Origin: Gammaproteobacteria bacterium
GTDB lineage: Bacteria; Pseudomonadota; Gammaproteobacteria; Pseudomonadales; Oleiphilaceae
Reading direction: 5' to 3'
NCBI GenBank assembly: GCA_030427465.1
Contig: JAUIAZ010000001.1
Span: 1-55,195 of the forward strand
Length of the DNA stretch: 55,195 nucleotides
How positions within the stretch are numbered: position 1 is the stretch's first letter; the number at the start of each line of letters is the position of its first letter. The notes beneath the pieces are model-generated. The model did not search any database. It was not told the origin of the DNA and saw only the letters and a program-made list of their open reading frames with translations. Of the stretch, positions 8,543-18,829 are shown in pieces. A program made the translations under genes and the position numbers.

Positions 8543-10542
8543 TAGTGTAATGTAATTTCCGTTGTTATAACTAAAGGCGCACTATTGGAGATCGGCGCAA
8601 ATTCGACTTCTAAAACAGGCAAGGCATTCTTTTGCATGTAATAACGTGACTCCCAGCCTTCAACTAATTCCAAACGCCTGCTTTCCTGATTTGCGTCAAT
8701 CTGGATGCTAGCCAGATCACTATAAGCTTCATTACTCTTAACCACCCAATTGCCTGGTGCCAAACGCCAACGCATTACCGCGCAACGCTCGTATCCCCAG
8801 CAACGGTCAACTATTTGAATAACGTTGCCTTGCAAGCTCACCGCTCTATGATGCGTTGCACCCAACCAATCAACGTACTGCGCCTCAGCAGATTGCTCAG
8901 TGCAGCCATCTTTGGTAATAGTGGATGCTGCACGTACCTGAGCAGCCTGCAACCATTCACCATACAAAAAACGGCTTAGCTTCGGCATGGCGTCACGCCT
9001 ATCAAACTCGATGGTATTGTGCCCTGCCATTCCATGGAAATAGGCTAGCTGTTTCGCTTCGGCATTGTAAGAGTAAGAGCCTGCATCTCTCAAAACATTA
9101 ATTCCACGCACCCACACATCAAGGTGCATAGGGTCAGACTGGCTGGGCCGAAACCTAAAACGAGGGTAGGAGAAAAGCACCTTAGTTTCGGCTGATTTTA
9201 GCAGCACATAACCACCTGCTGAGAGATGGACCAACTGTTTGGAATCATCTGCCGCTACTTTATTCGGTTTAGCACCATCTCTCAGTTGCATTCTCTCTCG
9301 TTCAAGCCCCAACCAACGAATATGCGCTCTGGAGTTTTCATCATCAAAAACAGAGCATCGCTGAAATAGAATCGCTGCCAATTCAATGCTTGGTCTGAAG
9401 TCCCGATAGCCGGCTTCACTTAGCGGCAACAGGTGCGCGCCATCATTAGCTCCGAGGTTAGGAGCATCACCGCTCTCAGGGTCGACCATTACAACCAGCC
9501 ATTGCGTCGCCAGAGCCAAACGTTCAAGTGCACTTTTAGAGAAGACCTTGCTACCCCGATGACGCGCCCACACCTCACAGAGACTCATCGTCTCGAGCAT
9601 TAACCGATGATAGGTGCAAGAATACTGGCTAAAGCTCCCATCTTTTAAAATGAGTCTGTTCGCTCTCTCGTTCAGATACTTAGCCCCGACACGAGCATAA
9701 GAGTCACCCACACGAACATTGTTGATAGCAAGAAACTCTCCTCCGACATAGAGCGCTGCCGCTTCTGATGTTCCATGATTATTATCTTGCCCTAATGCAT
9801 ACATGAGCGTGGGTCGAATGCGCTTCAAATGCGCTTCGATTAACGAGAGCAAAGCAGGTTCAGGCTTGTGTGTTTGCTTGAGTAGCATCGCGGCCAACAC
9901 CAAATGCAGGACCCGAATCGATGCTTCCTGACCACACTTCCAGTTCGGGCCGTAATAAGGAGGGTTGCGTTTAGACCAATCCAAGAGCCATGCATTTAAC
10001 TTACAGAGACTTGGCGAAACGGCTTCTTCTGACGTATCTGCATTTGAGCTAGTACCCGCCCTGGCGGCAACACTTGAAGACTCTATAATCGCTTGCTGTG
10101 CAAATGCCAACACCCAGTCAAAGCGCGAAAGCTCCCAGATATTCTTAATATCACGCCCCGACTCACTAAAGTCAGGGATTTGCCACCAAGGTAGCTCCCT
10201 TTGCTCCACTCTCGACTTCAAAAATGGGTCAAGGAACCAATCAGGAGTTTCACCGCGATCAATAGATACGTGCGCCCAACCATAGTAACTCAGCCCCTGC
10301 CGCCAATTTGGATTTGACTTTGGTTCCGCCACCCCATCGCCATACAAACCTTGTGCATTCAGTACTTGCTTTACAGCACCGGAATCGAACTTGCCAAAGC
10401 ATGGCTCGACACTTAGCTCTGCCTTCAAACGTTTCACTGGGTTAAACCCGAACTGGATACCTAAGCGATAGAGTAAAACCCGAGCAATGCTCCTTGCGCC
10501 CAAACGCAGTACCACTTTTGCTAGCTGCCCTACCCGCATCAA
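8542..10542 (-). CDS. Heparinase II/III / alginate-lyase-fold protein, no recognisable signal peptide
   Basis: 666 aa. The central NNHGTSEAAALYVGGEF resembles the lyase N-domain. The C-terminal HLDVWVRGINVLRDAGSYSY and GHNTIEFD resemble the heparinase II/III C-domain. The N-terminus is charged, not signal-like. Confidence 0.7.
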   Translation of the reverse strand: MMRVGQLAKVVLRLGARSIARVLLYRLGIQFGFNPVKRLKAELSVEPCFGKFDSGAVKQVLNAQGLYGDGVAEPKSNPNWRQGLSYYGWAHVSIDRGETPDWFLDPFLKSRVEQRELPWWQIPDFSESGRDIKNIWELSRFDWVLAFAQQAIIESSSVAARAGTSSNADTSEEAVSPSLCKLNAWLLDWSKRNPPYYGPNWKCGQEASIRVLHLVLAAMLLKQTHKPEPALLSLIEAHLKRIRPTLMYALGQDNNHGTSEAAALYVGGEFLAINNVRVGDSYARVGAKYLNERANRLILKDGSFSQYSCTYHRLMLETMSLCEVWARHRGSKVFSKSALERLALATQWLVVMVDPESGDAPNLGANDGAHLLPLSEAGYRDFRPSIELAAILFQRCSVFDDENSRAHIRWLGLERERMQLRDGAKPNKVAADDSKQLVHLSAGGYVLLKSAETKVLFSYPRFRFRPSQSDPMHLDVWVRGINVLRDAGSYSYNAEAKQLAYFHGMAGHNTIEFDRRDAMPKLSRFLYGEWLQAAQVRAASTITKDGCTEQSAEAQYVDWLGATHHRAVSLQGNVIQIVDRCWGYERCAVMRWRLAPGNWVVKSNEAYSDLASIQIDANQESRRLELVEGWESRYYMQKNALPVLEVEFAPISNSAPLVITTEITLH

Positions 10543-10546
10543 TAGC

Positions 10547-12697
10547 TCAACCTTCGAGGCTGCGAATCTGCTCCGCAGCGTCTAGGGTCGCACGCGCAAC
10601 TTCGATAATCTCATCATACGATATTGGCGACTCCGCACCGTTCTCAAGTGCTTCCATAAAGGCGGCTGCGCACTGGGCTTGCCCTTTCTCCTGCTTCCAG
10701 GTGCGCATCTTTTTGAAACCCGGCCAGCCAAAACCTGTTAGCTTGCGGAAGTTATCCAACTGTAACACTCGCCCTGCCGTAAATACTTCAATGCGCTCTT
10801 TAGGAAAGGATGAATGGCCATTCGCGAGATAGTGAATGACGCCAATAGAGCCATCCTCAAAGGCAAGGGTAATCACCGCTTTGTCTTCCGTAACGTCGAT
10901 ACCCTTTGCACGCCCCATTGCTTGGGCGCTCACTGAGGTGATGTTCGAACCCGACAAAAAGCGCATTAAATCTATAAAGTGACAGGCTTCGCCGATAATC
11001 CGTCCTCCACCAACGTTCGCATCCTGCGTCCAATGATCCGCAGGAATGGCACCTGCATTCATCGTCATCACGAACGATTTTGGTTCCGCGACAGGCTCAA
11101 GTAATGCCTTCATTTTTTTAACATGCGGTGAAAAACGGCGATTGAAACCGAGCATCAAGCGCGGGGCTGTATCGCGTTTTATCGCTGCATCATAAGCTGC
11201 TTCGACCAGATTGAGTTGCTCTCTATTTATCGCCAAAGGCTTTTCAACGAATACATTTTTGCCTTGCTCCAGGCACTCAGCAACCAAGTCCGCGTGCGAA
11301 TTATGGCGCGTGGCAATGACGATCGTATCGTTGTCTGCACTCTTGATCAGTGCTTGCGAATCCGTCGTCGCGTTGGCAAAACCATTTTTCTTGCCGTGCA
11401 CGACACTACTAACACCTCCTGCTGATGCCATGGCCACCAAATTTGCATTGGCTTGTTTAAACGCAGGCACCAAAACGCGCGATGCATAATTTCCCGCACC
11501 CAGAAAGGCGACGCGAGGCCCCGGGTTAACCTTGAAGGAAGGCGAGTTAGGCGCTAGCTCAACCGTTGAAACGTGGCGCTCGTTAATGTCACTGTTGTAT
11601 TCCAACAGTATCCCCAGCGCAGGCTGCTCGGAGGTTAACAGTTCGTACGCAGCTTCTGCTTGTTCAAACTCAAAGCGATGGCTTATTAAAGGTTTTACGT
11701 CAATTCTTCCTCGCGCCATCATGTCGAGAATCGCTTCAAAATTACGCTGCTCCGTCCAACGTACAAAGCCTAGCGGATAGTCATTGCCCAGCTCTTCATA
11801 AGTCGGGTCGTAACGACCTGGGCCATAAGAGCAAGAAACCTGAAAGCTCAATTCCTTCTCATAAAATTCCGCGCGATTGAGTTCAAGTCCAACGACGCCA
11901 ACGAGTACAATACGCCCTCGCTTACGCGACATTTGTGCTGCCTGCGACACTGGGTCATTCGACTTGGTTGAAGCGGTAATAATGGCCGCATCAACGCCCT
12001 TCCCATTCGAAAATGCCATCCCCGCAGCCACCGGGTCTTCCCCTTTGCCGGGGTTGCACACCTCTGCGCCAAAACTCTTCGCCAAATCCAGCTTGCTTTG
12101 GTCAAAATCGATTGCAAGCACCTTGCAGCCATTGGCAATTAACAACTGAACCGTTATCAAACCGATTAGCCCAACACCGGTTACAACGATGCACTCTCCC
12201 AAAGTCGGCTGAACCAAGCGAATCCCCTGAAGGCCGATCGAGCCGATCACCGTAAAGGCCGCCTCTTCATCAGAAACAGAATCTGGAACTTTTGCGCAAA
12301 GGTTTTGCGGCACATTGACAACATCCGCATGCGGACCGTTAGAAACCACACGATCGCCGATTTGGAAACCGTCACAGCCCGGGCCCAAATCATGAACAAG
12401 ACCCACATTGCAGTAACCTAGAGGCAGTGGCTGCTCAAGCTTACTCTTTACCGCATCGATGGTTGTGGCGAGACCGTCGGTCTTAACCTTATCCAGCACC
12501 ATCTTTACTTTTTCAGGTTGTTGGCGCGCTTTGTCCAGGTAACTCGCTTTTCCGAACTCGACGAGCATCCGCTCTGTCCCTACAGATACAAGACTGGTCG
12601 CGGTATTGATTAAAAGATGTTTCGTAGCTGCTTTAGGAGCCGGAGCAGTGATTAATGAAGTCTCACCACTACCCATATTTTGAAGTATTTGTTTCAA
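10547..12697 (-). CDS. Bi-domain oxidoreductase: MDR/alcohol-dehydrogenase-like domain fused to Gfo/Idh/MocA domain
   Basis: 716 aa. The N-terminal half has GDRVVSNGPHADVV and VTGVGLIGLITVQLL (Rossmann). The C-terminal half has VAFLGAGNYASRVL and NVFVEKPLA, typical of Gfo/Idh/MocA. Confidence 0.75.
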   Translation of the reverse strand: MKQILQNMGSGETSLITAPAPKAATKHLLINTATSLVSVGTERMLVEFGKASYLDKARQQPEKVKMVLDKVKTDGLATTIDAVKSKLEQPLPLGYCNVGLVHDLGPGCDGFQIGDRVVSNGPHADVVNVPQNLCAKVPDSVSDEEAAFTVIGSIGLQGIRLVQPTLGECIVVTGVGLIGLITVQLLIANGCKVLAIDFDQSKLDLAKSFGAEVCNPGKGEDPVAAGMAFSNGKGVDAAIITASTKSNDPVSQAAQMSRKRGRIVLVGVVGLELNRAEFYEKELSFQVSCSYGPGRYDPTYEELGNDYPLGFVRWTEQRNFEAILDMMARGRIDVKPLISHRFEFEQAEAAYELLTSEQPALGILLEYNSDINERHVSTVELAPNSPSFKVNPGPRVAFLGAGNYASRVLVPAFKQANANLVAMASAGGVSSVVHGKKNGFANATTDSQALIKSADNDTIVIATRHNSHADLVAECLEQGKNVFVEKPLAINREQLNLVEAAYDAAIKRDTAPRLMLGFNRRFSPHVKKMKALLEPVAEPKSFVMTMNAGAIPADHWTQDANVGGGRIIGEACHFIDLMRFLSGSNITSVSAQAMGRAKGIDVTEDKAVITLAFEDGSIGVIHYLANGHSSFPKERIEVFTAGRVLQLDNFRKLTGFGWPGFKKMRTWKQEKGQAQCAAAFMEALENGAESPISYDEIIEVARATLDAAEQIRSLEG

Positions 12698-12701
12698 GTT
12701 T

Positions 12702-13673
12702 CTACATTCCTAACTTAACATATAATTTCGTTATTTCTTTCATCGTATCAACTCGACGGTAACCGTTAATCGACCCCGCATTGGAACTAAGCATGTCGCC
12801 TAGCTCATCCACTCTCGAGTATGTCACTGTTCCTTTTGGTCGAGAAACTACATCCGTACAGAAACACATAACATGCATATCAAGAGCCTCATGAACAGAT
12901 AATGAGTCTCCATCAGTAGAAGTATTGCGAATAAACCCATCCGCAACTTTAAGAACTCCTCTAGAGTCGTGAGGATAAGACAAGAAATATACGTTGTACG
13001 GAACGAACCCGTGCTTCTCAATGACATAAGGTTTGTATTTACCTGACGGGTCACTAATGACAAGGGCAAAATCGTCTTTCTCTTCGAAAAGCTTCACTAA
13101 ACTTAGGATGCCGTATATTTCGCGCCCTTCTTTATCAAAGGTTACATCAAAAGCATTAGTAGCATAAATCTTGTGCTTCCTTGAAAGATCCGCAATTTGC
13201 TTCAAGTCTTTTTCATCTATGTTTTCTTGCACTCGTGACATAATAAAAGCAGACATTAACGAAACATTCTGAGTCACCCGCCTTGCAATGGCTAAGCTAT
13301 GCTCATTTAACACAATAGTATGCGCTGCAAGCCTAACAGCTGCTAAATCAAGGGCATTTCTTAGACGATCAAACCTCATCAGATCACCATGAACAGTGCT
13401 TATAAGCTTGCGGCGGAAAACCAAGCAAAGAAATGCAGTCAACAACCTAAAGACAGACGAAGATGCGTGTAAATGGACTACATCCGCTTTATATATAGCT
13501 CTCAAATAGCTCACTATAAAAAAATCTTTAAGGTCATAAAAAGCGACTCGCTCTTTTGGAAATAATTCACCAATTTCATCCATCAAACGTTGTACGTGAA
13601 TCGATACACCACCAATGGGGGGCGGCTTATTACCTACGATCAACAGCCGAAATTTAGCTTTTCCTGAGTTCAT
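12702..13673 (-). CDS. Putative glycosyltransferase (divergent GT-B/GT4-like)
   Basis: 323 aa. N-terminal LLIVGNKPPPIGGVSIHV resembles the GT4 N-terminal motif. C-terminal TDGDSLSVHEAL resembles the EX7E region. This is a weak assignment. Confidence 0.5.
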   Translation of the reverse strand: MNSGKAKFRLLIVGNKPPPIGGVSIHVQRLMDEIGELFPKERVAFYDLKDFFIVSYLRAIYKADVVHLHASSSVFRLLTAFLCLVFRRKLISTVHGDLMRFDRLRNALDLAAVRLAAHTIVLNEHSLAIARRVTQNVSLMSAFIMSRVQENIDEKDLKQIADLSRKHKIYATNAFDVTFDKEGREIYGILSLVKLFEEKDDFALVISDPSGKYKPYVIEKHGFVPYNVYFLSYPHDSRGVLKVADGFIRNTSTDGDSLSVHEALDMHVMCFCTDVVSRPKGTVTYSRVDELGDMLSSNAGSINGYRRVDTMKEITKLYVKLGM

Positions 13674-13701
13674 CTAAACCTTAGAGTCAACAAAAGTTAA
13701 A

Positions 13702-14766
13702 TCAAACATTACTTAGCAATGATTGGATTTGAAAACCTTGATAAGTTGGGTTAACAAAGGATCCCCGCTTAAGATCTCCTGCCGCTTCGACAAGCACCTC
13801 ACCCAAGGCGTTTTGATCTTCTTTTTTAACAACGAATCCGTTTCTTCCATTAACCACCAATTCGCTAACAATCGGCACACAGTCGGTTGTTACAACAGGA
13901 GTACCCAAATAGTAATTTTCAAGCAATGCATTCGGAAACCCTTCCCAACGAGAACTCAATACAAAAAGATCACAGTGCCTGTAATAAACGTAAGGGTTAT
14001 CGGTAAAGCCTACAAAGTCAACTCTATCTTCCAAGCCTTCTTTCTCAACCAAACTTTTTAATAACTTACTATCCTCAGCTTCGCGCCCCACTACATATAA
14101 ACATGCATCAACACCACTGTTTACTAATTGTGCAAAAGCGGGAATTAAAAGGTCAAAGCCTTTTTCTCTACTATGCCGCCCAGACGCAACAACGTTAAAG
14201 GTGCTATTTGAAAAGGGACTTTTGGAGTTCGAAGCTAGACGATCAATGGTTTGAGTGTCCAATGGGTTATTAGCGATCACGACATACTCTGCTTTTAACA
14301 AGTATTCCGCAATGACATCCGTTTTCATTTCGGTCGTTTGCGCCAATACCACATCAGCTTTTCGATATGCCCATGCATAAAGACGCGCCACCCACTTAGA
14401 TGTGTAGCCTTGCTCGCGCTCTAAAGATGGCATGCTGGGTACTCGGGAAACAAGCCGAAAATTAGGATAGAAAAGTCTAACCGCTGCTAACAAAACCGCT
14501 ACCCTTGAATGGGTGCAGTAAACATAGTCAGGCTTAAGACGAAAGATCAGGCGAAAAAGAGAAAACAGTGATCGAGAAGCTTTCTTTGTTCCCAAATCAA
14601 TCACATGCACATGCTCGGGAACTTGGTCGCGCAAATCATCTGTTAACTCAAATACAGCTAGTGATACCTCATGCTTAGCTGGATCCATCTGCCTAATAAA
14701 ATTGATCGTGACACGCTCCGCGCCTCCGGCGGAAAGATTTGGAAGGATGAAAAGTACGGATATCAT
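13702..14766 (-). CDS. Glycosyltransferase family 4
   Basis: 354 aa. N-terminal ISVLFILPNLSAGGAERV and C-terminal SSRWEGFPNALLENYYLGTPVV (EX7E-type motif). Confidence 0.75.
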   Translation of the reverse strand: MISVLFILPNLSAGGAERVTINFIRQMDPAKHEVSLAVFELTDDLRDQVPEHVHVIDLGTKKASRSLFSLFRLIFRLKPDYVYCTHSRVAVLLAAVRLFYPNFRLVSRVPSMPSLEREQGYTSKWVARLYAWAYRKADVVLAQTTEMKTDVIAEYLLKAEYVVIANNPLDTQTIDRLASNSKSPFSNSTFNVVASGRHSREKGFDLLIPAFAQLVNSGVDACLYVVGREAEDSKLLKSLVEKEGLEDRVDFVGFTDNPYVYYRHCDLFVLSSRWEGFPNALLENYYLGTPVVTTDCVPIVSELVVNGRNGFVVKKEDQNALGEVLVEAAGDLKRGSFVNPTYQGFQIQSLLSNV

Positions 14767-16022
14767 GCTGCCATTCCAACCCTTTTATGTGCTTGAAAAT
14801 AAGCTCGCGTAAGATTTTTACTCTCAAGAAGATAGAGTGACACGGTTAAAAAGAGTACGAAATTCACTTTAAATATGAATGGCTCTTTCAGTTCTGCAAC
14901 AAAGACCAAGAGAAGCAGCAATAGATAAAATATAAAGTACGGTGAGGATTTAACCCGAAACAAGTGCACCATCATGAAAAGAAAAAGGCTGCCGTATAGT
15001 AGTGTAGAAAATACAAGACCAAGCGCATAAAAAGACCGCACATAGCCAACATCAGAGTGTGTTGCGTTACTCTCACCAAAAGCACTCACTCCTCCATGGC
15101 CAACAAAACTATAAACATCAAGCTTTGGAATCGGCATCTCCAGCAATGCTACTGCTGTGGAATCCTGACCTGTGAGGAATATCGAGAATGAACGAAAGAG
15201 CGCATAAACAAAATGACCAAGATTGTCCGAGGACAGCACAAACATGGCAATTGAGCCCACTGAAACAAAAATAACAACAATGCTCACTACCCCCATATGA
15301 AAAATACCTTGCTTCGTACGCAAGCTAAAAATGAAACCTAGCAACAAAAAGATCAATGAATAAAGCAACCCCAACTTTCCGACAAAAATACATGAAATCG
15401 TAATTAAGGTACCTAAAACGGCATAAAGTAAGCGCTTAAATAAGCTAGGCCCCTGGCTCATCAAACACATGGCGGCAAAGACACCTAAAGATAATGTAAA
15501 AGACAAAGTAGAGCCGGAACTATTTGAAAACCCCGCAACTCGGCTGCCAGAAGTAAGAGGTATATTACCAGTTTCAACCAGTATTGATGCAGTAAAAACC
15601 CTAAACTCTGAACTGAAGAAACTGATATAAACAAACACGCTTTGCACAAAAACAATCAACAAAACGCTCTTCAGGAACTCTTCGATATCGCTGAACAAAA
15701 AGCATATCAACATCGCCCCATAGAGACTAAAGACTATCATCACAGACACGGGACTAAACACACCAACACCAGCAGAGTAGCCAAATACAGACGAAAAAAG
15801 TGCCCAAAAAAAAGTCATGCCAAGAGCAGCGAAAATTAAAGGATTGGCCTTAATCTCAAACCGCAATAGCCGAAGGGATCTTATTCCATACATCAAGAAA
15901 AGCACTAAAAATGCTAAACGAATAGTTGAGGCGAACTCTAACCCTATAAACTTTAAATTAAACACATAAAGAAAGAGCAAAAAGGATTTAGCTATAAATC
16001 GCCACTTGGAAATAACCATCAA
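14763..16022 (-). CDS. wzy: O-antigen/capsule repeat-unit polymerase (Wzy-like polytopic membrane protein)
   Basis: 419 aa, about 10 or more hydrophobic segments, very AT-rich. It lies among the GT genes of a Wzx/Wzy-type locus. Called from context and topology only. Confidence 0.6.
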   Translation of the reverse strand: MMVISKWRFIAKSFLLFLYVFNLKFIGLEFASTIRLAFLVLFLMYGIRSLRLLRFEIKANPLIFAALGMTFFWALFSSVFGYSAGVGVFSPVSVMIVFSLYGAMLICFLFSDIEEFLKSVLLIVFVQSVFVYISFFSSEFRVFTASILVETGNIPLTSGSRVAGFSNSSGSTLSFTLSLGVFAAMCLMSQGPSLFKRLLYAVLGTLITISCIFVGKLGLLYSLIFLLLGFIFSLRTKQGIFHMGVVSIVVIFVSVGSIAMFVLSSDNLGHFVYALFRSFSIFLTGQDSTAVALLEMPIPKLDVYSFVGHGGVSAFGESNATHSDVGYVRSFYALGLVFSTLLYGSLFLFMMVHLFRVKSSPYFIFYLLLLLLVFVAELKEPFIFKVNFVLFLTVSLYLLESKNLTRAYFQAHKRVGMAA

Positions 16023-17899
16023 CTCAACGCTTCAGCTTTCCAGTAGTTGTAGCAAACAATTGACCATAACAAGCCTGACCAATCGACCTTTCCAGACTGG
16101 TGTTGCGCCCAAAGTTTACTAATCAACTCGCGGTTAAGTTCACTGCCAGATAACTGAATTCCTGTATAAGCCCATTCTTTTAAATCGTTACGCAACCATT
16201 TGGCTAACGGCACACCAAAGCCCCTCTTTGGTCGGTCGTAAAGTTCTCGCGGAACATACTTGTCAAGCACTCGCCGCAATAGATACTTACCGCGCCCGTC
16301 ACTCGTGTGCACCGATATCGGAATCGACCAAGCGAATTCAAATATACGATGATCCAACAATGGGACTCGCCCTTCGAGACTTGAGGCCATGAAAGCGCGA
16401 TCCACCTTTACCAAAATATCATCCATCATGTAGTGCTGAGAATCGACAGCCATCATAAAGTCGGTAGGGTCGAGCGATTGCAATCTTTTATCTAAAAAAG
16501 CATCGAATACATCGCAACCATTAACGATCAATCTATCGGGGCAATTTACAGAGGATACATTCCTTCGATAAAAGCTAGAAAAATCGGTGCATGCTGTATA
16601 CTCAAACGCTCTACCAGCATCTTTAAGTAATTTAGCGCCCGAGTAAGCGAAACGTTCACCCAGCTTGTCCGCAAGAAAACCAGATGCAGATTTTACCGGT
16701 CCAGGTACCCGTTGTAGTTTTTTCCATCTGTTGATGGTAGAAAAATAACGGTTATACCCCATAAACAACTCATCCCCGCCGTCACCTGACAGAGACACTG
16801 TCACGTGCGTTTTAGCGAGCCTTCCAACAAGGTAAGTCGGTATCTGTGAAGCATCTGAGAACGGCTCATCATATGTATTGGGAATAGCAGGAACAACATC
16901 AAGCAAATGGTTTTCAGAAACATACAGCTCGTGATGATTGGAACCAATATGTCGAGCAATCTCTTTGGCAAAGTCTGCTTCGTTATATGCAGGGTCATCA
17001 AACCCTATGGTAAACGTATCGATCGGCGCGCTACTCTGCGCCTGTAAAACCGAAGCGACTGTCGATGAGTCTATCCCGCCCGACAAAAAACATCCCAACG
17101 GAACGTCTGACTTAGACTGCATCTCGACACTAGAACTAATCAACTCGTCTAATTTAGTTGCAGCACCCTCTAAACCCAAATCATCTCTATCGCGTTTTAA
17201 GAAACTATGCGCATCCCAGTATTTTTTCGGCTCGGATTTAATCAACCCGTCTGGCCGCAGAACAACCTTTAGATAACAGCCAGGTTCAAGCTTATATACA
17301 CCTTTATAAATACTTCTCGGTGTAGGGATATAACCATGCCGGAAATATAAAGCCAGGCTTCCCAAATCAATATCAGAATCACGCCACTGGCTAGATGGAA
17401 GCGCATTGATCTGCGATCCAAACAAAAAACGATCTTCTCGCTCACCATAATAAAGCGGCTTTTCTCCAAACCTGTCACGAGCGAGCGTTAATTCCTTGTT
17501 TATCGTATCCCACAGTGCAAAGGCAAACATGCCGATCGACGAGCGAAGAGATTTTTCGAGCCCCCAGGTATAAATTGCTGCTAATAACACCTCCGTGTCT
17601 GAATCGCCTTTAAACTTGACCCCCTCAGCCTCCAGCCTTTGCCTTAACACTTCGAAGTTATAGATCTCACCATTGAACACCAAAGCATAACGGCCATCCC
17701 GGCTAAGCATTGGCTGGCGACCACCTTCAGACAAATCATGAATAGATAAACGCTGATGCCCAAGACAAACATGCTTGTCATCCCAAATGCCAGATTGATC
17801 TGGCCCTCTTTGCTCTATACTAGACAACGCGGCTTGAACATCACGTTTCGCAGACGATGACAAAGTGTTGGCTGTTAACAATCCTGTGAAACCGCACAT
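16019..17899 (-). CDS. Asparagine synthase (glutamine-hydrolysing) paralogue, likely sugar-uronate amidotransferase (WbpS-like)
   Basis: 626 aa. Has the N-terminal MCGF nucleophile-Cys motif, the PP-loop SGGIDSS and typical AsnB length. It is embedded in a glycan locus. Confidence 0.85.
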   Translation of the reverse strand: MCGFTGLLTANTLSSSAKRDVQAALSSIEQRGPDQSGIWDDKHVCLGHQRLSIHDLSEGGRQPMLSRDGRYALVFNGEIYNFEVLRQRLEAEGVKFKGDSDTEVLLAAIYTWGLEKSLRSSIGMFAFALWDTINKELTLARDRFGEKPLYYGEREDRFLFGSQINALPSSQWRDSDIDLGSLALYFRHGYIPTPRSIYKGVYKLEPGCYLKVVLRPDGLIKSEPKKYWDAHSFLKRDRDDLGLEGAATKLDELISSSVEMQSKSDVPLGCFLSGGIDSSTVASVLQAQSSAPIDTFTIGFDDPAYNEADFAKEIARHIGSNHHELYVSENHLLDVVPAIPNTYDEPFSDASQIPTYLVGRLAKTHVTVSLSGDGGDELFMGYNRYFSTINRWKKLQRVPGPVKSASGFLADKLGERFAYSGAKLLKDAGRAFEYTACTDFSSFYRRNVSSVNCPDRLIVNGCDVFDAFLDKRLQSLDPTDFMMAVDSQHYMMDDILVKVDRAFMASSLEGRVPLLDHRIFEFAWSIPISVHTSDGRGKYLLRRVLDKYVPRELYDRPKRGFGVPLAKWLRNDLKEWAYTGIQLSGSELNRELISKLWAQHQSGKVDWSGLLWSIVCYNYWKAEALS

Positions 17900-17935
17900 G
17901 AAATTATACGTTCGACCTAAAATCTAAAAACAGAC

Positions 17936-18829
17936 TCAAAGCTTTATTAAGCCTAAAGTTATAATATAAACACTAATAGCAAGCAGATATTTGGGGCGAG
18001 CACTCAGCTTAAAGCTTACGACTACCATTTTAAAATAAGGCAAACGATGCCTACTAGACCACCAATTCGAGCCTTCTTTAAACAAAAGAGCTGATAAATA
18101 TTGAGGGTAGTTCGCCAAAACAAGATTTAGCGTATGCAAATGATCTAGTTGATTCTGGCCGACCGACTGCCTTCGATTAGTAACATTACTATCATGTCTT
18201 CGGTAACGACCAAGCACTTCAGCCAAATAGTTAATAGTGCCCCCGTCAACTAACGATTCAATCCAATAAAACCAATCGGATGCGACAGGTAACCTCGCAT
18301 CAAAACCGTTAGTCGGAGCTTTTGAAGTGCGAACCATACTTGCACAAGCTCCATTAAAAACGCCGTATTTGATGCTTACCCGTACATCACCTTCTCTCGG
18401 CTTGTGCTTGTCGCTGAATTTGTATAACGTCCTATCAGTATGACTTTCAAAGACATCTAAATCGTGATAACAAATCGTGCATTCAGGGTTATCTTCCATA
18501 AACTGAACTTGTCGCTCAATTTTCTCGGGGAGCATTAGGTCATCCCCTCCCATCCAAGCGATATATTTACCAGTGCATGCAAAATGCGCAGCATTTGAGT
18601 TAGGCGTTATACCTTGATTCTTCTCTGACAAACGTAACACAAATTTGCCGGGGTAACGCGCATCATAATCGCTTAGCAGCTCCTGAGTACCGTCTGTTGA
18701 ACCATCATCAGCAACAATAATCTCTATATTCGAATATGTTTGTGCCAATACAGATTCAATACACTCTTGAAGAAAGTCTTTTTGATTGTAGGTGATGATG
18801 GCGACGCTAACTTTTGGAAAACTAGTCAT
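17936..18829 (-). CDS. Glycosyltransferase family 2
   Basis: Start trimmed to [16 protein letters not shown]. Contains the DDGSTDGT motif. The longer ORF to 18916 would overlap the upstream acetyltransferase. Confidence 0.85.
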   Translation of the reverse strand: MTSFPKVSVAIITYNQKDFLQECIESVLAQTYSNIEIIVADDGSTDGTQELLSDYDARYPGKFVLRLSEKNQGITPNSNAAHFACTGKYIAWMGGDDLMLPEKIERQVQFMEDNPECTICYHDLDVFESHTDRTLYKFSDKHKPREGDVRVSIKYGVFNGACASMVRTSKAPTNGFDARLPVASDWFYWIESLVDGGTINYLAEVLGRYRRHDSNVTNRRQSVGQNQLDHLHTLNLVLANYPQYLSALLFKEGSNWWSSRHRLPYFKMVVVSFKLSARPKYLLAISVYIITLGLIKL

